This document shows, in pieces, positions 29,501 to 37,294 of a stretch of DNA of 38,745 nt. This DNA comes from Proteobacteria bacterium UBA1858 (lineage in GTDB: Bacteria > Pseudomonadota > Gammaproteobacteria > UBA4575), in contig DDIE01000034.1 in assembly GCA_002338385.1 (NCBI GenBank), forward strand, positions 22,828 to 61,572, written 5' to 3'. The translations under genes and the position numbers were made by a program. Position 1 is the stretch's first letter; each line of letters begins with the position of its first letter. The notes below the pieces were generated by a model. It ran no database searches, was not told the DNA's origin, and worked only from the letters and a program-made list of their open reading frames with translations.

Positions 29501-30379
29501 ATGATCGACTTTCAATCAGATTACTCTACATGGCGGGAGAACTGCCTAAATGCCTGGCAGAATTGTACCCCGCTGAACGCGATTAAGCTAAAAAATCCTG
29601 ACCAGCTTGACAGTGCTGAACTCGAGCAGCTCGCTCACCAATGCCAAACTGCCAATTTCGCAATTTATCAGCTCGAACCGGAATCCAACACCCGCGCAGC
29701 GATACCTCAGCTGACACGTTATTTTGGCATGACTCGGTGCGAGCAAGATGAAGCTGACCATACGATCACCGAATTACGCAACATACCGATGCAAGGTGAT
29801 CTCGCCAGCGCCTATATTCCTTACACTGACCATAGACTCAATTGGCACACCGATGGTTATTACAATCCATTCGAACAACATATCCGGTCATTCTTGTTGC
29901 ATTGTCAACAACCAGCACTCACTGGTGGCGAGAATATGATCCTCAATCATGAACTCATTTATATTGCTCTGCATGATGAGGATCCGGCGCTGACTGCAGC
30001 ATTAATGCAGGCTGACGCACTCACCATACCGGCTAATGTGCAAGCTGGAATTGAGGTCAGATCTGCCCAGACAGGACCAGTATTTTATCGTGATCCGCAC
30101 AGTCAGCGCCTGCAGATGCGCTATACCGCAAGAACACGCAGCATTGCATGGAAACAGGATGCGTTGGTCGCTCATGCTGCGCAACGTATCCAGACATTGC
30201 TGCAGGATCAAGGCGTTATCCGCCATACATTACAGGCTGGTCAAGGGTTGATTTGTAACAATATACTGCATGGACGCAGCGCATTTACTGATGGGAATAT
30301 TCCAGACCAGCAACGACTCATGTATCGTGTGCGCAGTTATGATCGATTATTCGATCAGCCGTTAAATAACGATACCTAG
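29501..30379 (+). CDS. TauD/TfdA-family Fe(II)/2-oxoglutarate dioxygenase
   Basis: WHTDG (HxD), LLHC...GGE and NNILHGR (distal His and 2OG-binding Arg); substrate unknown. Confidence 0.85.
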   Translation: MIDFQSDYSTWRENCLNAWQNCTPLNAIKLKNPDQLDSAELEQLAHQCQTANFAIYQLEPESNTRAAIPQLTRYFGMTRCEQDEADHTITELRNIPMQGDLASAYIPYTDHRLNWHTDGYYNPFEQHIRSFLLHCQQPALTGGENMILNHELIYIALHDEDPALTAALMQADALTIPANVQAGIEVRSAQTGPVFYRDPHSQRLQMRYTARTRSIAWKQDALVAHAAQRIQTLLQDQGVIRHTLQAGQGLICNNILHGRSAFTDGNIPDQQRLMYRVRSYDRLFDQPLNNDT

Positions 30380-30397
30380 CAAACTTATTACAAGCAG

Positions 30398-30592
30398 ATG
30401 CTCTCACTCAGCGAAATCCTAATTCAAGAACACGGCATGCAAAGCTTTGAAGAACTGAAAAGTGCTATTCAGCGGCGTGCACAACAAGGTGAAATATTCT
30501 TTCAGATGGATGTGCGCCCCCCATTTAAGGATACGCCCGAGGAATGGGAGGATATTTTGGAATCTGTGTTCACTTCCTCACGGCCAGGCTGA
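30398..30592 (+). CDS. Small acidic hypothetical protein (64 aa)
   Basis: Fills the gap between the TauD-like gene and cas6 (18-nt and 3-nt spacing); MDVRPPFKDTPEEWED segment; no cysteine. Confidence 0.75.
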   Translation: MLSLSEILIQEHGMQSFEELKSAIQRRAQQGEIFFQMDVRPPFKDTPEEWEDILESVFTSSRPG

Positions 30593-30595
30593 AAC

Positions 30596-31285
30596 ATGTT
30601 CTGGAATGATGCTAATGAGCAAACCCCTGTGTTCGAGGTTCCGGACACAGTGGTTGATGTCAATTTCAAAATCAAATGCGCCCATATCCCGCTCGACCAT
30701 GCGCATGCCCTATCGCAAGCCATTGTGCAGCGCTTCGCCTGGGTTCGTGAGCATGAACTGGCGGGCATTCACCTCATCCACGGCGCTGAATCTGGCAATG
30801 GCTGGTATCGCCCGAGTGACCCGAGTGAGTTGATCTATCCCTCAAAACGCACCCTGTTTACCCTGCGTGTCCCCAAGGAACACATTGAGGATGCCAAGAC
30901 GCTAGCGGGTGAGACTATCCAGCTACTCGACACCAGCATTGAATTCAATAAACCAACAATTCGTCCGCTATATAAGCTCACGACGCTGTTTTCACGCTAT
31001 ATAATTAGCGCAGCCGATGAGGATGAAACTGCCTTTCTTGAGCGGATGGTCGCCGCCCTCAGCGAGCAAGCGATCCGTCCGCAGAAAATGATGAGTGGTA
31101 GAACCACCACACTTAGTTTTCCACAGGGTCCGATTAGTACGCGCAGCTTGATGGTAGATGGTATTGAAGCGGCAGAATCGGTGCGTCTGCAACAACAGGG
31201 CATCGGTGATGGGCGCCACTATGGTTGTGGCCTATTTCTACCTCATAAGGGTATTGACGCGGTTGGGGACACACAGGAAAAATAG
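30596..31285 (+). CDS. cas6: Orphan Cas6-family RAMP protein (type I-MYXAN Cas6/Cmx6-like)
   Basis: N-terminal VVDVNF...IPLDHAHAL, SKRTLFTLRVP, and C-terminal G-rich loop LQQQGIGDGRHYGCGLFLP characteristic of Cas6; recognised by eye. Confidence 0.85.
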   Translation: MFWNDANEQTPVFEVPDTVVDVNFKIKCAHIPLDHAHALSQAIVQRFAWVREHELAGIHLIHGAESGNGWYRPSDPSELIYPSKRTLFTLRVPKEHIEDAKTLAGETIQLLDTSIEFNKPTIRPLYKLTTLFSRYIISAADEDETAFLERMVAALSEQAIRPQKMMSGRTTTLSFPQGPISTRSLMVDGIEAAESVRLQQQGIGDGRHYGCGLFLPHKGIDAVGDTQEK

Positions 31286-31377
31286 GCACCTGAAGCAGGT
31301 CCTTTAACGACCTGGAAAAATATCAATAATGCTACACAAATTTAAGATTTAATTCGGATCCATGGGAGAAAAATAAT

Positions 31378-31719
31378 ATGGCCATTGAAGTCAACGGAGA
31401 ATCGATAGAGACAACCGCCAGCGGTTTTTTAATTAATATTGAAGATTGGTCAATCGACCTGGCTGAGATCATTGCCAAGGAAGAAGGTGTTGAACTGACT
31501 GACAAGCATTGGGATGTGATCAACTATCTGCGCGATGAGTTCATCAATAATGCAGGTAATCAGCCTAATACACGCAATATGGTTAAAGCGATGACCAAAG
31601 CATGGGGAGACAAGAGCATTAATGCTAAGACGCTATATGATCTATTCCCTGGCGATCCCAGTAAGCAAGGCGGCCGTATCGGTGGCTTGCCGGAAAGCCG
31701 GCGCAAAGGCGGTTATTGA
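31378..31719 (+). CDS. DsrC/TusE-family paralogue with no cysteine (RspA-type)
   Basis: Aligns end to end with DsrC in this window (MAIEV.G.S.ET...G.L; HW.VIN.LR; LY.LFP..P.KQ....GLP) but ends GLPESRRKGGY; GGGAGA SD. Confidence 0.9.
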   Translation: MAIEVNGESIETTASGFLINIEDWSIDLAEIIAKEEGVELTDKHWDVINYLRDEFINNAGNQPNTRNMVKAMTKAWGDKSINAKTLYDLFPGDPSKQGGRIGGLPESRRKGGY

Positions 31720-31822
31720 GCATTAGCTGATAGCCATCTCGACAGAGATACAGAAAGCTGGCCATCATTAATCTAATATTAAATACAGTTGATATGCTCT
31801 AGAAGCGGCTTAGGAGAAACAG

Positions 31823-32026
31823 ATGAGTTCAAAACAAGACAAAATCAAAAAAATGCTGGAAATGCAGAAAAAATTTATCGCTTTAGATCGTGCCCGCGGT
31901 GTCTCTGCAGAAGAATATTTCACCCCTGAAGACGGTGCGGAATTAGAAGGTTATCGCCAAGAATACTCAGAGTTAGCCATGGACGTTGTTGATGATGCTC
32001 ACGAGGAAAAAGGCTCCCGGCCCTAA
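31823..32026 (+). CDS. Small hypothetical protein (67 aa)
   Basis: Strong AGGAGA SD, helical charged sequence, followed by a terminator. Confidence 0.8.
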   Translation: MSSKQDKIKKMLEMQKKFIALDRARGVSAEEYFTPEDGAELEGYRQEYSELAMDVVDDAHEEKGSRP

Positions 32027-32055
32027 CCACAGCACGTTGCGTTAGATAAGCTTCC

Positions 32056-32081
32056 AAGCCCAGTCCATGCTGGGCTTTTTT
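32056..32081 (+). terminator. Rho-independent terminator closing the tauD-like to 67-aa unit
   Basis: AAGCCCAG-tccatg-CTGGGCTT followed by TTTT. Confidence 0.85.
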
Positions 32082-32104
32082 AATGCTGGGCGATTTATCA
32101 GGCG

Positions 32105-32779
32105 CTAGCAATCACTCCAACGTCGCACTAAATTGACATATGCCCAGTCCACTTGTTTGGTGTGCTCCTCGGCAGGTTGTTTGCGGAGCAATTGCGCGCG
32201 CGCAGTACCCAGCTCATACAATAAATGGCGTTGATCGTTATCCTTAATCAAACTTTGAACCCAGGTGACTGCAACTAAACGCTCGCCTCGCGTGACCGGT
32301 GTAACAGCATGACGGGTAGTGGCTGGATACAGAATTGCATCGCCTGCTGGCAATTTAATGGTTTGCAGTCCGAACGGCGTTTGTATTTCCAGTTCACCGC
32401 CGTCATAGTCCTCAGGCGAGTTAAGAAATACTGTTATGGCCAGATCAGAACGATATCGTGGTTGCTCCCCCATGACAGGATCATCAATATGTTCGCCATA
32501 GGCCATACCCACTTGATAACTGGCATAAAATGGACTGGCCACTTTAAGTGGCAGAGCAGCGCGTTGATAGTGCTTGTGCCTGACTAGATTACCCATCACT
32601 GTCTGATTCAGTTGCGCTAACAAATCAGTTTGCTGCGCGGAGACTTCTTGATTATTTTTCTGTCCTGCCGCTGCCATCCCGGCACTCAGCTTGCCATCCA
32701 CAAAATCAGCCTGTGCAAGCAGGCTGTGCACCTGCTCGATATCTCTACTGCCAAGTACGTTTTTTAAGTGAATCAACAT
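32105..32779 (-). CDS. PKHD-type Fe(II)/2OG hydroxylase (PiuC/YbiX family)
   Basis: FVDGKLSAG, YGEHIDD, RSDLAITVFL, YDGGEL and HAVTPVTRGER motifs. Confidence 0.9.
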   Translation of the reverse strand: MLIHLKNVLGSRDIEQVHSLLAQADFVDGKLSAGMAAAGQKNNQEVSAQQTDLLAQLNQTVMGNLVRHKHYQRAALPLKVASPFYASYQVGMAYGEHIDDPVMGEQPRYRSDLAITVFLNSPEDYDGGELEIQTPFGLQTIKLPAGDAILYPATTRHAVTPVTRGERLVAVTWVQSLIKDNDQRHLLYELGTARAQLLRKQPAEEHTKQVDWAYVNLVRRWSDC

Positions 32780-32811
32780 ATAATTATGGTTTGAGGATTA
32801 GGACTGATGCC

Positions 32812-33138
32812 ATGATACTTAAAGTTATCATTGATGAGAAAACAATTTCCATAGAAGTACCAGAGAGCATGCTGACCGAGGCGAGCAGTTTCTTCCGCAA
32901 AATGGATGCGGATATGGATGCAGGCTGGCAGATGAGTCGCACCTGGGTTGAACAGCCGAGCGCGTTGCAACGCTGTCAGATTGCCGCGGATCGTATTCTC
33001 AGTTCTGTTCATACGGAGAACGAAAAAATGGCTACCTTGATGGCCGCCTACATCCTACAAAGCATGCCTGATGTCGCAGCCGTCGACATCGATACGGAGG
33101 GCGATATCAGCCAGACATCTTTCACTCACGCCAACTAA
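32812..33138 (+). CDS. Hypothetical protein (108 aa)
   Basis: Start re-set to ATG 32812 (AGGA SD; avoids overlap with the divergent gene); FFRKMDADMDAGWQMSR...RCQIAADR. Confidence 0.75.
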   Translation: MILKVIIDEKTISIEVPESMLTEASSFFRKMDADMDAGWQMSRTWVEQPSALQRCQIAADRILSSVHTENEKMATLMAAYILQSMPDVAAVDIDTEGDISQTSFTHAN

Positions 33139-33605
33139 TCCAGATAATATTCCATGCGTGTGTGGGGAATATCTAACGTGGTTTGGACAGCGGCGCTAGC
33201 CTTAAAGCCATAACGCTGATAAAAAATAACCGCCTCGTCACGCGCATTACACCAACAGTACTGCACTTCGTATTGCTCTGCATGGCATATGAGTTGATCC
33301 AAAATGGCACGTCCAACTCCGCGTGCGCGCCAGTCTGACGCAACCGCCACATAGCGAATTTGTGCCGCGACGTCACTATCTTGGTGAATACGCCCGACGC
33401 CAATTATGCGACCATTAATCCTTGCCATACAATGTTGCGCCTGATGTTCCAGATCATCTCGTTCAGAGCCTTGCGGGCAGGCTAGGGGTTGACGTAGCTG
33501 TTGCCAGCGGAAAAAGTAGTAGTGCTCAAATTCCGCAGCAGTTTGGGGACTGAGTAATTCAAGCTGGCCAGCTTGAGTGCTATCGCTCAAGCAAATACTA
33601 CCCAA
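33135..33605 (-). CDS. GNAT-family N-acetyltransferase (YiiD N-terminal-like)
   Basis: RWQQLRQP, AQIRYVAV...RARGVG (acetyl-CoA loop) and NAR...FYQRYGF; start uncertain. Confidence 0.85.
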   Translation of the reverse strand: MGSICLSDSTQAGQLELLSPQTAAEFEHYYFFRWQQLRQPLACPQGSERDDLEHQAQHCMARINGRIIGVGRIHQDSDVAAQIRYVAVASDWRARGVGRAILDQLICHAEQYEVQYCWCNARDEAVIFYQRYGFKASAAVQTTLDIPHTRMEYYLD

Positions 33606-34174
33606 GTCGTGGCAATATATTTGTTGCCTTGCTGCAAGGTGACGCCGCGATGCTCATGGGTCCAGAAAGGCGGAAATAAAATCAATTTGCCTGCCTCGGG
33701 TGTGATTTTTAAATTCTGATACAAAAACTCTGTCTCACCACCCCCAGCAGTCACATCATTTAAGTACCATATCGCCACCAGTTGGCGCTGGCTGAACTCA
33801 TGACTGCCACCATCAATATGCCAATGATAAAATTCCCCCGGTGCTGTGCGTTGTAAGCCATAACCCATGTCTTTAAAAGGGCCTTTAAAATAAGTGAACT
33901 GTTGCCGAAATTCTTTGATTGCCGTTCCAAGCGATTTAAACAAGGCACGATCAACATCCTGCCAATGTGGCTTACCACTGACCACTAAATCAGTTGACCG
34001 CTTAATACTGTTGTCTTGCGCCACCCTCTGACCGATCCTGCCGGCATACTGATCCTGAGTATTACTCTCAAAACGCTGAATGACAGACGCACAAAATGCA
34101 GCGTCCAGTGCCTGTTTTTTTTCAAACACAAAACTATGTTCGGCGACCTCTCGCAGCGTGACTAGTTTATCCAT
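33587..34174 (-). CDS. 2OG-Fe(II) oxygenase, prolyl-4-hydroxylase-like
   Basis: YHWHID (HxD), WYLNDV..GGETEF and FPPFWTHEHRG...KY motifs. Confidence 0.88.
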   Translation of the reverse strand: MDKLVTLREVAEHSFVFEKKQALDAAFCASVIQRFESNTQDQYAGRIGQRVAQDNSIKRSTDLVVSGKPHWQDVDRALFKSLGTAIKEFRQQFTYFKGPFKDMGYGLQRTAPGEFYHWHIDGGSHEFSQRQLVAIWYLNDVTAGGGETEFLYQNLKITPEAGKLILFPPFWTHEHRGVTLQQGNKYIATTWVVFA

Positions 34175-34191
34175 GAGCTTATTTTTACTAA

Positions 34192-35217
34192 TTAAAAACG
34201 TGCGCCTTCAATCGCCTTGGTCAATGCCTCTGGCGCGGACGTTTGCATGGCTAACAACGCTTGCGTCAACTGCTGCCAGTGCTGTTGACTGCGCAGCACC
34301 CAGGCCGAGAAATATTCCAGACTGGCACCCTCGCACCAAGCCTTATAGGTGGTGACAAATGATGGGCATAAATCTTTTCTCAGCGCAGTCATGTTGCCGG
34401 CGAAAAAGTGTAAGGATGCAATATTGTTTGATTCAATCAGCGCCGGCAGTGTTACGCTAGTGTCTGCGTATAAATCCTTTATCGTTCGCAGCATCAACTC
34501 GACCCGCGCATCAGTCACTTCAGTGAGGAGCATTTTCCACTCCTCACCTAGCCGGTGACCGGTCTCTATCTCACCCTTTTCATGCAATAAAATACTGTTT
34601 AGCTCGACACTCGTCATAGCATCCAGAGCAGCATCAATATCATCATCAAATGGATAGTAAGAGAATGCCTTACTCATGGCATTTTCAATTTTATGCCAAC
34701 GCCATTCTTGCGCCTTTTCCCATAGCATGCGCCGGATAGACTGCTTCCGTATGAAGATGGTATCGCCTAGAGTCATCGCCGGTGGCGCGGTTAAATCCCG
34801 GGCATACTCATCACTACTGATTATGACTTTATGATCTGCATAGTCATGTTGAGCTTCCAACTTGGCTAAGAAAAAATGCGGTACACAATGATTGCCAAGA
34901 CCACCACTGTAAACCAGACCTAATGGCAGAAGCTTGCTGTTGATCTGTTCAGTCTGAAATGGATCATACTGCTGATCATCGATGTTTAGGGTCTGATAGT
35001 CCTGTTGCTCGATGTCCTCCCATAGCGCTTCGCGCTTGGATACCCATTCACCAATTTCTTCCTTGGACAGCATATGAGTCAATGCATAACCATTGTCCCA
35101 ACGACAAAATTCACGCATTTTCATTAAATAAGTGCAGAGCGTGAAATTAGCCGCGTGCTTGGCGTCAGCAATATTACAGTTATGTTGGACGGATTGATTC
35201 AATAACTCGGTAAGCAT
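34192..35217 (-). CDS. Conserved hypothetical protein, resembles Sfum_1244 family
   Basis: QHNCNIADA...LCTYLMKMRE..RW, PHFFL, RDLTAPPA and LHEKGE; family name from recall, not a search. Confidence 0.65.
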   Translation of the reverse strand: MLTELLNQSVQHNCNIADAKHAANFTLCTYLMKMREFCRWDNGYALTHMLSKEEIGEWVSKREALWEDIEQQDYQTLNIDDQQYDPFQTEQINSKLLPLGLVYSGGLGNHCVPHFFLAKLEAQHDYADHKVIISSDEYARDLTAPPAMTLGDTIFIRKQSIRRMLWEKAQEWRWHKIENAMSKAFSYYPFDDDIDAALDAMTSVELNSILLHEKGEIETGHRLGEEWKMLLTEVTDARVELMLRTIKDLYADTSVTLPALIESNNIASLHFFAGNMTALRKDLCPSFVTTYKAWCEGASLEYFSAWVLRSQQHWQQLTQALLAMQTSAPEALTKAIEGARF

Positions 35218-35273
35218 AATTATATCTGTATAATCGTGATCTTGGACTGACTCAATTATAACAGGACATCAGC

Positions 35274-35888
35274 ATGGCGAGACTGAAAGCCAAGTGGAAT
35301 CAAAAGAACCGTACACGTACACCTGAACAGATCGCCTCGGCTGTCGGCTTTAATATTTGGCTTTTGACCGCAGAGGCCTGCCTCAATTTAGAAAATGAAG
35401 GCTTTGAGACTCATACTCAGTCACAGCGTCTGGATGTAATCAGTGAATTTCTGGCCTTTTCACTTCATCTTGTAGATCGGATGACGTTTGGCGAACTGGA
35501 GGAAGAGGAACGTGTACGTTTCATTAATGCCCTGGGCGTCAGCCTAGCCACTACTGTCCATAGCAACCGAGTCGATGCTGAAGGTGCGGGTGAATATCGC
35601 ACTCAGTTCGTGGCCTTACTCAACACGCGCATGGATGAGTATTCAGAGTGCAGCTATGAGCCAGAATCGGGCCCCGGTTTCAGTCTCAAAAGAATTCTCG
35701 GCAACCATGTGATGCACGCTATGGGGGCGAAGGATAATAAATGGATTCCCGATTATGTCATTGATGCAGAGTCACCAAAGATCATTAAGGGTATCAAACG
35801 TGTGATGCTTGGCATGGGAGATTCCATGCAACAGGCCGACTATGGCATGCCCGAAATTCCTCATGGGGGAACTTGGGGTGATGGCTAA
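35274..35888 (+). CDS. Hypothetical protein (204 aa)
   Basis: AGGA SD, clean ORF, no recognised motif. Confidence 0.8.
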   Translation: MARLKAKWNQKNRTRTPEQIASAVGFNIWLLTAEACLNLENEGFETHTQSQRLDVISEFLAFSLHLVDRMTFGELEEEERVRFINALGVSLATTVHSNRVDAEGAGEYRTQFVALLNTRMDEYSECSYEPESGPGFSLKRILGNHVMHAMGAKDNKWIPDYVIDAESPKIIKGIKRVMLGMGDSMQQADYGMPEIPHGGTWGDG

Positions 35889-36729
35889 ATGCCTCGCCAG
35901 CCTTTTCATGCTGGCGGCTTGGTCATGCACGACATATTCTGAACAACGCCAACCAACGCAGACCACCTGCACCACAGGGTCACTCGAGCAGCTGCACAAA
36001 TTTTTTTTAGAGCAGGATTATCTGCTGATTGCACAAGGCGTGTCCTCCCAGCAAACAGAGATTTTTTTCATGGTCTCGTCTGATATGGATTATTTTCATA
36101 TAGTTAATTTAGTCTCGCTTGCGAGCAATCAATGGCAAGCTTGTATCGCGAGTTCTGCGCGGGAAATTGATTATCAACACCTGCCACCCGTGCCCGGTGT
36201 GTTAACGCGTATTGATCGTGCTCACACTGTATTCAGTGACGATATCCCCAGTCATCAAAAGTGTCCGCCTGAGAATACAACATGCAGGCCCTGGTCACCT
36301 GCAGTGTTGAACTCACCACGCCGCTTGATACTGACAGGGTATGAATATTCTGCCAGCGATGAGCCTGATGGTTATGCTGAGCCGGTGGAGTTGAAAATCG
36401 ATCAGCATTATATTTATCCAGCACGCGGTGAATTGGCTGAACTGGCCAGAACCAAATACGCACTGCGGATGACCGAGCAACTGCAGGAATCTGATCAGGA
36501 TGCAGCGTCAGCAAAAAAAGTCTATCGCGAGATGTATTTGAATGTCGATCATCAGCTGGCGTTGATTATATTTTCCGCAGATAACAATCAGAATTGGTTG
36601 ATCGAAAAAATTGATCGCACAACAGGACTGATCTGGACGCTCAACATGGGCACAGCACTGCAAATGTATCCCTTAAGCTACGATGACTACCTTGATTTCA
36701 GCAGCGCACAAAATCAGCAAAATAAATAA
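35881..36729 (+). CDS. Hypothetical exported protein, possible lipoprotein
   Basis: Start re-set to ATG 35881 (8-nt overlap with upstream gene, GGGG SD); N-terminus MAKCLASLFMLAAWSC is signal-like. Confidence 0.65.
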   Translation: MAKCLASLFMLAAWSCTTYSEQRQPTQTTCTTGSLEQLHKFFLEQDYLLIAQGVSSQQTEIFFMVSSDMDYFHIVNLVSLASNQWQACIASSAREIDYQHLPPVPGVLTRIDRAHTVFSDDIPSHQKCPPENTTCRPWSPAVLNSPRRLILTGYEYSASDEPDGYAEPVELKIDQHYIYPARGELAELARTKYALRMTEQLQESDQDAASAKKVYREMYLNVDHQLALIIFSADNNQNWLIEKIDRTTGLIWTLNMGTALQMYPLSYDDYLDFSSAQNQQNK

Positions 36730-36984
36730 ATTTTCCTGCTTGCTATTAATTTTTTGTGAAACTTTCGTGAATTTAAGCGAATTTGGGCACTTAATTCCAA
36801 AAAGTAAGCCTAATCAGCGCTGGTAGTTGTAGAAAATTGCATGCGCTTGTCTTATGATTCGACCTGCTACAGATTTTTATGAAAGGCAATGATGTTGTTC
36901 CCTACGTGTTACCTCCTCGATAAACCTGATTCATTTACTGTATGCAACAATTTTTTTTATAAACTATATTAAGGTAAATATATT

Positions 36985-37188
36985 ATGGCTACAGGTAGTG
37001 TGAAATGGTTCAACGAATCTAAAGGATTCGGTTTTATATCTCAGGACAATGGTGGTGCTGATGTTTTTGTTCATTACAGTGCAATTCAAGGTGATGGATT
37101 TAAAACACTTAAAGAAGGCCAACCAGTAACATTTGAAGTAGAAGACGGCCCCAAGGGTCCACAAGCAACCAGCGTTGCCGCGGCTTAA
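36985..37188 (+). CDS. cspA: Cold-shock domain RNA chaperone (CspA family)
   Basis: [15 protein letters not shown] (RNP1) and DVFVHYS (RNP2); exact paralogue name uncertain. Confidence 0.93.
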   Translation: MATGSVKWFNESKGFGFISQDNGGADVFVHYSAIQGDGFKTLKEGQPVTFEVEDGPKGPQATSVAAA

Positions 37189-37196
37189 CACCCTTA

Positions 37197-37259
37197 CCAG
37201 AGTCTGATAGGACTCTGGAGTTTTTCCCGAACCCCGCATTCACGCGGGGTTCTTTATTT
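37197..37259 (+). terminator. Tandem hairpins/terminator after csp gene
   Basis: CCAGAGTC-tgatag-GACTCTGG (37197-37218), then GAACCCCGC-attcac-GCGGGGTTC (37229-37252) followed by TTTATTT. Confidence 0.75.
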
Positions 37260-37294
37260 CAGGCTCATTAGCCCCCACCCTGCTGGAGCAGAAC

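Noticed and set aside
29501-30379. Calling this gene tauD (taurine dioxygenase)
   Set aside because: Only the family-level metal triad is recognisable, and no tauABC/ssu transporter is nearby; substrate unknown.
31717-31760. Selenocysteine read-through of the DsrC paralogue TGA (hairpin ATCTC-gaca-GAGAT with loop 21 nt downstream, SECIS-like spacing)
   Set aside because: The stem is only 5 bp, the TGA does not align with the DsrC CysA position, and the protein is already full DsrC length. Homologues with Cys at this codon plus selABC in the genome would be needed to revive it.
29141-32104. CRISPR array near cas6
   Set aside because: No 25-40-nt direct repeats with regular spacers were visible in any intergenic region here or elsewhere in the window; only two 11-nt repeat-end-like words.
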